DNA of 64,000 nt from positions 372,001 to 436,000 of the forward strand of contig JAQGDQ010000082.1 of assembly GCA_030141605.1 (NCBI GenBank), in the 5' to 3' direction. The stretch comes from Tubiluchus corallicola (taxonomy: Eukaryota; Animalia; Priapulida). Shown here piece by piece: positions 27,501-40,516 of this stretch. The notes beneath the pieces were generated by a model. The model worked only from the letters and a program-made list of their open reading frames with translations. It did no database searches and had not been told where the DNA came from. The number at the start of each line of letters is the position of its first letter. Positions within the stretch are counted from its first letter, which is position 1. Both the position numbers and the translations under genes were made by a program.

Positions 27501-30500
27501 TAATCCTACTTTTTTTCTTTAAATTAAACTATAACAAAAACCAGAAATATACCGTGATACTGCTACAACTACATATATTACACATGTGTGCATAAGTTCA
27601 TATCAGTATGTCAATATAACTTAAATCAGAAAAAGTTCTCAATTATATGAGAAACGTATATATATCAATCAACACAGAAACTGCAGTATCCTGGGGGAAA
27701 CAATGCAGCAAGAAAAGCTATAAGCATACCAATAATTACACCAAACGAAATCAGATAAGTGCGTTCATACTTAGATTGGAAAGCACAAGGTTTGAAAGTA
27801 CAAAGTATTAGAAACCATATGACTTAGGTAACATTCAGCCATATTTCTTTGTAATTTATCAGCATATTTCAGCATATCAGCACAAAAATATTTCTATTAC
27901 TCTGTTTCTGTTGGAATCCCCTGTATATAAGAAGCTTCTTCTAGTACCATTTATGAACTTAGCGGCATTTTGAAGGATCTTTCATCCAATAACGAGCCCA
28001 CACACGTGTGTTTTATAGACCAATTCGCGCACTTGTTTTTCGGCGATTAACGGCTTCTACAGAGGGTATTAATTTCTCGTGAAATTCATCTCAGCGCATA
28101 ATACAGATACTGGACACCGTTTTAATGCTCGTAAAAAACTTTAGAACACAAGTCTTGTTTACTGGGCGCTGGTACATCACCAACTTTTGTCGTACAACTG
28201 CTGTTGAATTTGCAAAAATATGGGTGCGCCATGGTTACCTAATAAGGCAAAGTATAATTTATGAATTAACATTAGTTAGCTGAGGGTAATCTGACGTTTG
28301 GGTCGGATTGTAAAACAATTTGTTCTCCTAAGATTATTCTCGCTTGAGTAGCTAAAGCACACACGGGTAAAAGCATAATAAAGCCCAATTAGGTTTTTAC
28401 ATGATGAAAATAAATTTAAGACTTCACTGTTTCATTTTAGTTAAAAACAATTCCAATTGATTAATTTGACATGATTTACTCGAATGCATTTAAACAGCAA
28501 AATTTAGTAATAGTGTCAGTGCTGTTAGTTGTAGCGCAAGGAGAGCTAAATTTTAGAATAGCCCTACACATTGCCTCCTACGACACATTCACCCAATTTA
28601 CACCGCTCTCCCTTCTTCAGATGCAATGCACTACTATCAAAAAATCTCTCCCACTTGGCTAGATTACTTCATAAAAGGGCATAAAAGAACCACATGGTAT
28701 TTACGATAACCTATATAAAACTTTATGTCTATTTAACATGTGCTTTGTGACGGCGACCTGCAAATTTACGATCTATTAGCGAAAATGTCGAAGTTAAACC
28801 TTCTTTCACACAAGAACATAATCGTAATAATCCTATAAAGTAAATTTGGTTAGAATTGGGCTTCAAAGCGAAAATTTAGCACGAAGACTTGGAGATACGC
28901 ACACCAAATTATCAAGCTAGTATAATGCATCAACTATATTACATTATGCGGTGCATCTCATATTTAATTTCTTGTCAAAAAGCTCAACTGTTTTTGTTCA
29001 TCGCAAACGGCCACGAGAAAATAAACAAATTAAACGAATTTTTTGTTGATCATAAAAAGCTATGAGAACATAAATGAATTAAACGAAATTTATACAGTTC
29101 AAAATGTGTGCCCATGCATACACGTTTATCTATATGTCATTCTCATGTCGCTGTTTGATTATCATTATCATCGAAATTGAAAAATGCGTCATGCTCGCAA
29201 AAGCTGTTGACTAAAGGCTGATGTTAACAGCTTAACAAGCTAACCATTCCCCTTTAGATGATACTCAGAAATGACATGAAACCTTTTTACCTTCTCCAGC
29301 GCTATGACTTTTTGCAGTTTGTAGTAGGGCTTAAATGTTATAGAGTTCTTCATGTGGGATTCGCGAACAAATATCATTTATGGCAAACGAAAAAGACTTT
29401 ATGCAAAAATAAGTTGTAGTAACTTGTAAATTACGTATTACTGAAACTTGCTAAAAAAATCTTCTGGTTTACTTTCGATTGATGTTACAGGCGTTTGATT
29501 AATGATTGATCAATCAAGGTAAAGTAAATTAAAGTGCACGCTACTGAGACACACACCCAGAGGGTGGTAGCAATGGACAGACATTTTTAGAGAAAGGAGA
29601 TGGAAAAGCAATTGACCACAAATGAATTACTCAAGATGATGATTGTAAATGTGTGAGTGTTTATGCATGCATAGTTCTGTGTGTATAATTGTCTTTTTCA
29701 TTAATTGCATGTTTTATTCACTGGTGTTGTCTTTGTTATGATTTTTGCCATAGTTCTTTGTTGGTTCTCAGGTACAAACCCTTGCTGGAGATCTTATTCG
29801 GCCCCTATTTACAATACCTATATGGTTGTCTTAGAAATTCAGACATAGCCTAGAAAGTTTTCCTGGACAAACAAATATCTTGAACCTTACGATAAAGAAA
29901 CACTCAAAAATCAATGCAGAAATGTCAATCGATTTCAAAGTTGAGCGTAAATCTAAACATGGACTGCCTCAATTCATCAAGTTTGTGACGTGAATGTCAA
30001 TTATCGTACCATCACTGTAAGTAGCCTACAGTCCCTTCTGTGGTAATTCACTGCTTCTTGTGTACACTAACAGGGTGTTGGAACGAGGGATCTAAACAGG
30101 AATTCTCAACAAAAAGAAAATTAGGAACTATATTTCGGGATGTCATTCCCCGTCAGTGGCATGTTAAACAGCTGTATGTTTGTTCGAAATGAAATCTAAC
30201 AGCCAAAAACTGTAAAAATTTACAAGTTCAGTTTTGTTGTTATCGTTGTCGCCATCGTTGGCGTTGTTCTTGTTTTGTTAATGACTTGCACAATGCGGGA
30301 AATGGCTCTGTGATCTGTTGATAGAATTTTCTTAGACATCTAGTTGAATGGGTAAGGAGATTAGTATTTGACGTACGGGTGAAAAAATGTATAAAGACAA
30401 AAAGATTGAAAGTCACTACTCCAAAGTATTAAATACCAGGTAACTTATAATAAAGCAAGTTGGCACATATATATATATAGAATAAAATATGTGTCATGAT

Positions 30501-31331
30501 TGGCAACTGCGACACTGCCGTACTAGACTGTTCAGGATTGTTGCTGCAACCTAAAAAAAGTCTAAACTTCGTGCCTATTTCGTCCTTAACATGGATGCCA
30601 ATGTTCTCATACAGTTGAGAACTTGTAAATGTGTTTTGCTAGCTTTGTCTCCAGAGGTGTCTCTTAGTCTTAGTATTTCTCAGTTTCTCAGTCAGTGTGA
30701 CGGTAACCACTGGCAACTAACTCAAGAAGAACCTTTATACTGTTGTTTTTATCCAGAAACAATCCAGAAAATTCTCCAGAAACCAAAGAAAGAAGTCTAC
30801 CTACAACCCTTATGCAAAAATGCCCTTGATAGTTAACGCCAAAAACAACAATGGGCTTCTCTTGTGAGTGCAGGGACCTAAAGCAAATTATAGGCTAAGG
30901 CATGTAGGAATATGATCCAATATTTGAACAGACAAGACTAATTATGCTATGTACGGAGACGTGCATATGTTGAGACACGCCTCGTATTACTCTAATGATA
31001 AAATCAATGGAACATTGTACAAACTCTCGTAATAACTTATTACTACATGTTCTTGGTATTGACCCACGTCTATGTAGATCTCTTGGCTTACACGGAATTT
31101 GGCTAATCGACTTATAAGTATTACATGATTAGGCAAAACCCGAGCCGAGTCATCCGTTGTTATGTGAATTAGATTGTATGTAGCGGTATTTAATGATGTT
31201 TGAGTATGTAAGTGCAAGTTACAACTGGGAGCGGTTGAGATGACTGGTAACCCGAGGGAGAGGAACAATCATTAGTGACCTCAATTATTTGCTGTAGTTT
31301 TCAAAAAATGGCATAACAGCGACGAATTAAA

Positions 31332-31332
31332 A

Positions 31333-31420
<88 letters not shown>

Positions 31421-31609
31421 AGTAAATAAGTAAAAAGAAAGACAGAATGAAAAAAGCAAGAAAAAGGGAAAGGAAAGAAGAAAAGAGAGTAAAGGAAAGA
31501 AAGAAAGGGTAAAAAATCTGAAAGAAAGCTGAACGGTAGAAAGACAGAGATGATGAGGAGAGAGAATAAGTGAAAGGAAAAGAGAAAGATAAACAGAGAA
31601 AGAGAGAGA

Positions 31610-31651
<42 letters not shown>

Positions 31652-31690
31652 AAGAGAGAAAGCAAGAAAGGAAGGGAAAAGAAACAGAAA
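31332..31690. repeat. (AAAG)n plus (AG)n purine-rich tract
   Basis: (AAAG)n at 31332-31420 and (AG)n at ~31600-31650. Confidence 0.92.
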
Positions 31691-32384
31691 TGTTTTTAAA
31701 CATTAAAGCTAAAGTAATATATAAAATAGTAGTTTGCACAAAGTCCATAAATGTGAACTTTACCGTTTTAGTAAACTCCATAATTCGTACTCAATATGCA
31801 GCACCCCCAACCCTCCCCGTTTTGATGTCCATCCAAGTTCGTGTGCAAGATTTAACTGGCTTCCGGCAGCGATTGTTGCAATCGCATTGAAGAACAACTG
31901 AAGCCATTGACGCGAACATTGCGCAATGACAAAAACTACGCGCATTAACTTCGCAACTGTTTTCCTTTTGTCCTTTAACTGGCGTACATGGAACGTTTAA
32001 GTGAAATAGTTTGTTGGTGACGTGAAGGATGTCTGAGTGGCAAATGTGTAGAACGCAGATAGGCAAAGCTAATTAATTTTTTACGTTATATTATATTTTG
32101 CGAGTACATGGGTATGAAAAAGGATTCTGTTATCTCTAATTGGCTGCAAAATACAGGCAAACAAATGTACATTGTTTTTCAGAGTATGAAATAATTAATT
32201 TGGAGATACCAAGGTGCAATGTGACTTCGAAGTTTAGCCCACATATTGCGCCATTTCAGAAGGTACGCTAAGCGAGTAAGCAGCTCGTAAAAGTTACTGC
32301 GAGAATATGTGAACAGCAGCCTCAGTTTTGTAGTCACCACTGCTATAGCTTTGCTTTAATTGATTTTTAAGAAGTAACTACATG

Positions 32385-32555
32385 TACTCGGTGGTCGAGT
32401 GGTCTTAGACTACAGATTACAGACTCGCTTTTATGGTTGCAGTTATGGGTTCGAAACTAGTGTCTGCAAACGCCAGGTAATTACATGTTACATGTTATTC
32501 GTTGTTCAAGCGTTGCCTACTTACCTGTATCGCTAATTAACCGTAAATAAATGCT
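32385..32555 (+). mobile_element. tRNA-derived SINE-like remnant
   Basis: Pol III A box TGGTCGAGTGG (32392-32402) and B-box-like GGTTCGAAAC (32448-32457); no convincing cloverleaf; followed by a body ending ...CCGTAAATAAA. Confidence 0.5.
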
Positions 32556-32800
32556 GTCTTTGTTTTCAGGTTCACAAAAATCGTATGAGAGCAACTTGGG
32601 TATTTTTCGTTTTTCAAACAGTTTTAACCACGCACAGCAATTTCTTAACATAACAAAAATGCTGTAAACATTGAATAATATCAGAAAAAATGAAAGTTGT
32701 AAATCAATTACTTGGCTCCTATTCTGTTACAGAGATTACTCATGACGTGATTTGGATTTTCGGATAAACTATGCCCTAAAGAGGAGTAGCACTTTTTATT

Positions 32801-32875
32801 TAGACTTATACATTCTTTGTAAGACTAGACTTATACTTACACATTCTTTGTAAGATTAGACTTATACTTACACTT
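32801..32875. repeat. Short tandem repeat (TAGACTTATAC...ATTCTTTGTAAGA, ~2.5 copies)
   Basis: Seen directly. Confidence 0.75.
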
Positions 32876-33974
32876 AAAATTATTTTTGCGTTGCAACAAA
32901 ATAGTCAGAAAGTTATTCAAAGTTTCGCGACTAATAAAGCGGCGGGATCTTACGAGTCTATTTAAGCAGTCTTTACGTCTGTCAGTTAAGATGAAGGAGA
33001 TTTTCTATGAATTTCTTGTTTATCGGCATAACAACTGGTTGCCATGGTGACGGCCCATCAATCATCTTGTATCTGATGGGACACAAGCTAATTTTCTGTA
33101 CCAGACCACTTTTGATTAGTATAGAGCAATATGAAAATTGTACGACTGGTAGCAAATAATGTGGAAGTAATAATTGCATCTTAATAGTAGCTAGTGGATT
33201 TGCTGTTGGTTACTTTATTACCTAGCTAGTTGCTTTGTTGGCAGGTTGGTTGACTGGCTGGCTGGCTGGCTGGTTAGTTGGTTCGTTAATTGGTTGGTTG
33301 GTCAGTTGATCTGTCGGTCAATCGGTCGGCCGGTCGATTGCCTGGTCGGTTCTTTGGTTTTTTGATTAGCTGAGGTAATTACCTAGTCATATGGTTAGCT
33401 GGTTAGCTGGTTGTTTACTTTTACTGGTTTTCTAGTTGAATATATTTATCTGTTTGTTTGTATGTTTACGATTATGCTTGTTCTAATTTGTTTTCTTAAT
33501 TTGTTTGCTTGTCCCTTATGCAAAATTTGCCTTGTACGCCATTCAAACTAACTGTAGAATTCAAGAAGCATAAGAAGAATTCATTCTAAGATCAGGCACG
33601 CGTTTGTGCCATGATAATAATGAAAAGGCGTTAAAACATGTAGTGTATAAGCTGTATACTCTTGCACGCGGCAACATAAAATCTTTCTAACCATTCAGCG
33701 GCGTCTTGAACTCATGATAAACGTTCATCAAGTTACACAATATTTTGTCATTATCTGCACATCAAAGCAATAAGAAACTGTCTTCTCTTTTCCCTTGATC
33801 ATGCAAAGCAATTTACATGCTCGGCTAAATATCTTTGTTGGCGAAGAAACTTGCTAGAAATGTTATTGTTTCATTAATCATTAATCACTAAATAACTCTC
33901 AGTAGGTACGTCATAGTTTCTATGAATGAGGCATATTCCCGTGCATCAGAAGGAAAAACTGTGAGAAAATTTTT

Positions 33975-34155
33975 ATGATGCGATGTGATCTGGCGTGATG
34001 TAGCGTGGTGTGGTGGTGTGTGGTGATGTGGGGTAATGTGATGAGGTGCGATGCGATGTGATGTGACGTCATGCGATGTGATGTGATGTGGTGTCATGCG
34101 ATGTGATGTGGTGTGATGCGACGAGATACGATGCGATAAGATGTGATATGATATG
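33975..34155. repeat. Degenerate (GATGT)n pentanucleotide repeat
   Basis: Seen directly. Confidence 0.85.
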
Positions 34156-35184
34156 GATTTTTTTACTTAGTTGATTTTTTTTTGTACAATAGTAACAATA
34201 TTTGCATAAAAATCCAAGCAGGTTAGTAAAATAAAGAATAAAATAAATCCTACAGGTTATAATTGCATTAATGTAAAAAGATTTCATTGTTTGACACACT
34301 AATCAATGCAAGGTAATATAAATTACTGACAAGAAGGCAACAAGCAGATTGGCCAATGACCAGCAAATTAATTTTCAAAAGCAATGCTGTATTTGACAGA
34401 ACTGGTGTTTTTCAACAATAGAGGTGCAACAAACTGTATTTTTTGTACAGTTTGACACACCATAAGCGGGAATCAAGCGCTCACTTAGCATGATGTTTGT
34501 GGCGTGATTGGAATAATCTAGCTATTATTAATAATAACCGTCTATGATGAGCCGCTAAACCAATAGAGGTATTTCAGCCATTTTCACACGCGTTTACGTC
34601 CTCTCTTTAAAAGGCAAATAACCAGAATAAGCATGGCGATTGAAATAACCCAGTGTGAGTATCAAACTCATACATTAGATCTTACAATTTTATTACTTTC
34701 AGAGACTCATTCTTTGGACTTCTGTCCTACTTTGGTTCGCCCCAATCGCAATGTAAATTGTGAACTCATAAAACTTAGAGAAAATTACTTTCTGTGCAAG
34801 AAAATGGCACTTATAGATTGGGTATAAACTCTCTGTGTTTCCCACAAATTTAATTAGTTGCTGCGTTACAGCCCGCAATAAACTGTTTTATTATCAGAGG
34901 AAAAATATGAAATGCATGGAGTACGTAAACCCAGTGACAAAATATTGCGTAAAGACTATAAAAACGCACTATTTGTGTCAAAATGTAAATTTGGTCAGTG
35001 CTGATGGAGTTACTGTCAATGCTGGAAAGTTCAGAAGCCCTATTATCATCACAGATTATACAATTACTACCAATCATAGAACTACTACTAACCAATAAAG
35101 ATAAAAGAATTATGAGCGCCGCTTTGTGGCATTATTGGCAGAATTAGTTAAAATCTGTAATTTTGAAAAGTGTCATCGCAGGCA

Positions 35185-35425
35185 TTGTTATTATCATTAC
35201 ATGTGATTACTATGTCATCACTGGCTTCGTCATCGTTAGCATCATCATCATCGTCATCATCATCATCATCACTATTACTGCCATCATCATCAGCAGCAAC
35301 AGCAACAGCAGCAAAATCATCATCATCATCATTGTCACCAACAAAAACAACAACATCCTCATCATCATCGTCGTCGTCATCATTATCGTTATCATCACCA
35401 AATTTGTCGCTATCGTCATCATTCA
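35185..35425. repeat. Degenerate (CAT/CAG/CAA)n trinucleotide repeat
   Basis: Seen directly. Confidence 0.9.
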
Positions 35426-36123
35426 TTGCTGTCAACATTTAATACTTTCTGACTCACATTTATTTTTCGACTATGATAAATGCAATTCGCAAAAATGTGT
35501 GTACAAAAATGAGTTAATTACTATTAATTACTAATAATTCAGCTGCGTGCCAATGATAATTGTTAGCGTTGAAAGAAGAGTTTTAGTTTTCGCAAAAGGT
35601 GTTGTAAGACTGTCTTTCAAATTAATAGTAAGATCGGTAAAGGTCTTGCTATAATTCTTTGAGATTTAAGTGCTTTTCCAATAATCGTTATAAAGTTACA
35701 GCTCGTTTCGCATAAAAGTTCTGCTGAACATTATATTTTGCGCTGTTCAGAAATTTGAAAATTATTTGGAAATATTTTGACGTCCCAGCGCGCGAAAATT
35801 TCTGTTTGGAGACAAGGTCTATGCAAATAAAGATATTATAGAACAGAAGATAGAGGAGTTCTGGACGAGGTCCTGTTCTTCTCAATGCATAGTTAAAAGA
35901 TGTTACGACACAGCCTTGTGGCAAGAAAAATGTGAAAGTCAATAATTCTTGATTCTTCAAAAACCAAGCACTATTAATTTGTGAAAGCGTGTGATAATAT
36001 GTTGACTTTGGTGTTACTGGCAAAGGAATCGTTTGGTCACTTTTGAGCTAAAATTTTAACTACTCAAGTGTGCCGTTGGGAGTGTCACTACAACTTCACA
36101 TTCAGTATTAAGTCCTCATTCGT

Positions 36124-36139
36124 GCACTAGGTGGCGCTC
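36124..36139 (+). promoter_or_regulatory. CTCF-like motif
   Basis: GCACTAGGTGGCGCTC matches the CCACYAGRKGGCRS consensus at 13 of 14 positions. Motif match only. Confidence 0.35.
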
Positions 36140-36964
36140 AGTTTGAATGCCGAATTATTCAAACTAAACAAAATCACGGTTTTAATAATTAGGTGATCTT
36201 ATAGAGCACTCAGCATAAGACTGAGTATTTATGCACATAGTATCAAACTACCCAATTTTTCAAATTTCTAAAATGCAGTATAGTAAAATTTTGATAAGAA
36301 AAGAAAAAGCAGCTAAGATAATTGTACTAAATATGAATATTAAATTTTGTTATGTTGTAGAACATGCCTGTAAGTTATATTTTTGTATTAACTTCGACTA
36401 GATAATTTTATGAAAAAATATCCAGTATAATGAATGTCAATGCAGCACCGTAAATGACGACTGAAAATAAAAAATTAAAAACGTTGAAAATAACTTATAT
36501 TTCTAATCTTTTAGAAGAGCATATCACTTTAATTCAGATTGTGATCGTTCTGGCATTTGATTTCATTTTCGATTCTAATCGGAGTGTGTTGTTAATTGCA
36601 TGACGACTCAATATTTCAGTGTCATAAATTGTAACCCTTTCCATTATTATGAGCAGCAATATGACTTTAGTTAGGATTTAATCGCTCGAGTCCATTAACG
36701 TTAATAACTTTTTGATCTTAATTAGACGCATAATAAAATAATTATGATTTTTAGAATTCATACAAAGCAAAACTGAAATCGTCTGATAATTTTTTGTCTT
36801 GGCAAATGTAGGTTTGAAATTTCGCGTCCCGATTCTATTTATTAATAATTCGGTAAAATAAATTTTTAGAAATTTTTAGAACATTGTATCACCGCCATGT
36901 AGACCTTTTATTAAAGTAAACAAACTCGTCAGAAACTAAGACGATGCTTCAAATTTGTAAACCT

Positions 36965-37037
36965 AACAAACATTCAAAGCTTAATAACAGGTACATTTTA
37001 ACAAACATTCAAAGCATAATAACAGGTACATTTTAAC
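36965..37037. repeat. 35-bp direct tandem duplication
   Basis: AACAAACATTCAAAGC(T/A)TAATAACAGGTACATTTT x2. Confidence 0.85.
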
Positions 37038-37377
37038 GGACAAGCTATTGGTGTATTTATTTGAAGAGAAGGCGGTCTTGCACAGGAAGTCTGCGCATAA
37101 AAGATGACCTGAAGCTGATGATTTGGAAGCAATTTTTGTGTAATGAAGTTCATTTTGCTGAGCTCGTTTTATTGCCAAAATTTACCAATTCCACTAACAA
37201 CATGACAACATGTGATGGTGATTGCTTAGGTTAAAAAATAAATATAAAAATTTGAAAATGCTTAAATAATCATTATTATATAAATGTAAGAAATCATGGT
37301 GTTCAGGACAATTTGTTAAATTTTTGTCAACACCAGGCAAAATTAAAAACAAAAACCAGGCATCACATAAGATTATC

Positions 37378-37450
<73 letters not shown>
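37378..37450. repeat. (AAC)n(AGC)n microsatellite
   Basis: Seen directly. Confidence 0.95.
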
Positions 37451-38985
37451 AAAAACATTATGCAAAAATGATGCAAAATCATCAGTCTTACCTTTCGGTC
37501 AACTTTTTCCTATAGCGAGTTAGTTTGCGGTGTTAGAAGAAATGGTTAGCTTTCTACTTTGATTAATTAAGTTTTATTTTAGTGAACACCAACCGGTCTG
37601 GTTTAGTTGATATAACACGAGATAATACAACCGGGTCCTACAAATTAAACTCAAAATTCTTTGATTATATTAAGTTTGTATATATTAACTTGATTATATT
37701 AACAAAGAGCACTTTATTACGTCACAAAGTTTGCGCGACGAACTTTTCAGGACATTCGTCGTGAAACGAGCTCTCTCGATGAAGCCAAACTCTTGGGTTG
37801 TGTGAGTAAGCAGTCAGAGCAGTGTGTAGCCACGCAAGATTATGAAGTATTTTGTCATTGTGCGCATGCCATGTTAGCATGTAGTGTCGGAATTCAACAC
37901 AATTCAATATTGATCTATGAAAAGCGTCCAAATCGAATTGTGTCCGCGTGTGAGCAACAGCTATGGCCTAATTGAATGTGGCCTTAATTAAGCTACGTAG
38001 TTGTCACATGGGCAATTTTCAGTTCCAGACTGAGTAGCTAACGTCCATGCTGTTATTACGATTTATATTGTTTCTTTGCTTGTTGAATAGATCAGTTGGC
38101 TGGCTCTAGGCTGGCTGATTGATAAATTGGCTAACTCCCTAGTTTTGTGGTTGGTTTACCGCTTTGGTTGGTTCGTTTTGGTTGTTAATTTATTGGTTTA
38201 TGGGCTATAACAAGTATGGCAGGCCCAAGCTCTATTTAAAAATTGCCGAATCTGCCATAGGTTTAGACTTTGCATGGTCTTTGCATTGCACTCAACTTAT
38301 TTGCAGACTGGAAGCCTGGAAGCTGTTACAAATTCTTTCAAACCAAAGGTAATCGTGCATACTGGCTAAATTGTTTACAATGCTGTTGTTTTAACTTGGT
38401 ATGCAAAGAGGAAAATCATAAAATATAGTAATCAAGGCAACATGTGCATGTTTTAATTTCGGAAGTGATCAGAAGTAAGTAATTCAAGTTTTTGAGGTAT
38501 CCTGCTGGCAACTAAACCAGTCATGCGGAAGTCGATTTTCCAGTGTATGCGGGATAATTTTTCAGTGATCGCGATATTTTCCTGCACAATGATTTGGCTA
38601 ATCACTAACCTTTGTTTAGTTTTAGACTTCCAAAAAATGGTACCACCAAGTTGAAATGAATTTATTGACTTATGCTCATACGTGTTTTCTGTGCCAAGAC
38701 AACTGAACGCATATAGCATTTTACACAAATGTTAAAACTCGAGTGGCTGTAGCCACCACCATTCACAGGTTTAAAAAATTGTTTGGCACAAAAACTCCTT
38801 AAGCCTGATTTGAACTACTAAACTCCTCAACTGAGGTGTCTTTGGGTCATTCAAAAGTTAAATATGATAGGATTACCCTTTTCATCTCCCATTCATTATA
38901 CGTTCCTTCCACACTTATAATTTTGTTTTATTTATTTTTTATAAGAAACGATAAATAGCTTGGCTTGATAGCTGTGTTAATAAAA

Positions 38986-39286
<301 letters not shown>

Positions 39287-40448
39287 AGCCAAATCACAAA
39301 ATTCTGTTAGCCTGTTATTCGACGTTTTAAACCACTGCAGCGTGTTCAGTAAACAAGCTAGATTCATGCACAGGAGAGAATACTCTCATTAATTCCATCC
39401 AAACGACGTTACTATTCAGCGTAATAAACCAATTACCGATCTCGACTTGCCTCGCCAACCCTATCACAACGGCTGTGAAGCCAAAGAGTTTGCCCACAAT
39501 GGCTTCAAATAGCCGCTAGATTGGCTGCCTTGGGAACCAGCACGCCACGGAAGCCACCGAGCCGTACATTTGGGCTGTGAGTCACGTATGATGGTTTCTG
39601 CAAGATGTGGGGAGATAGCTATGGAGAAGGAGACAAATTATTGTTATTTATGTAAAACGCATTCCGATGCATAACCTAAAATAAATTACACAGCAAGGAA
39701 TCCCTACGATGTTACATCATCAAAAGATGGCACGTAAAATATGCAGCAGCAACCAGAATTAGCAAACGCATCTTAGATATGTGTATGTGACCACAGATTT
39801 GAGTGTCACGGGTAACATCCCCTAGGATAAAAAACATCGATTTTAATAATTACCATAATATTAAGTTCTAATTGTTAACCACTAATAATCGGAAAGCCTC
39901 TTTCATATAACATTATAGACTTACTTTATATGGGCTAGTATTATAAAGATACATTAAAAAACTAGGCCGATGTGATTACAATGATTCTATGATGCAAAAA
40001 CTGCCCATGATAACTGCGAGCAAGCTTGGATGAATTAAATGCAGACATTTTCTTAGCAGTTGTCATAGATCAACTTATGCTAAATAAAACTCAGTTACTC
40101 AGCTGAATAAAATTTGGCAACAAATTGGTAAGTGGTCAAAAGTCAAAAGTCATTTAAGACAGAGCTTTTCATCAAATAGGCGCCAACAATCCACTGTCAG
40201 CCATTACATTAATCTTTTATTCGACATAAATCAGCTTGACTCTATGATTAATTACGCAAAGCAATAAGTATATTGGATGACTCGTATTAGCGCCAGGAAG
40301 CTTTTTGAAATTAATGCATTTTAAATCAAACTGTTTTAAGCCACGACGGGGTAAACTGTGTTACATCGTTGTATTTTGACACATCATTGTAACTGTGCGT
40401 GTTCTGTTTATTTATAAATGTACCGTTTTTCTATTAGTTATTATTTCT

Positions 40449-40516
40449 TGTGCCATTTTTACCTGTGCCATTTTTGGTGTGCCATTATTTCCTGTGCCAT
40501 TTTACCGCACACCCCC
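40449..40516. repeat. TGTGCCATT x4 repeat, probably a DNA-transposon end
   Basis: Four TGTGCCATT units at ~14-16 bp spacing ending TTTTACCGCACACCC; partner end not found. Confidence 0.5.

Noticed and set aside
29540-29645. Possible RTE 3' tail (AMDRHF*RK followed by GATGATGAT); similar weak LINE-like hints at ~22710 and ~27930
   Set aside because: Matches are only a few residues long and cannot be distinguished from chance without a search.
32385-32470. Functional tRNA gene
   Set aside because: A and B boxes are present but no acceptor stem or anticodon arm could be built; treated as a SINE head.
33390-33415. TGGTTAGCTGGTTG resembling the 3' half of miR-34
   Set aside because: Lies in a degenerate TGGT/TAGC repeat with no seed or precursor hairpin.
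32801-37037. CRISPR-like or repeat-spacer arrays suggested by short direct repeats
   Set aside because: Only 2-3 adjacent copies without unique spacers, no cas genes, and a eukaryotic context.
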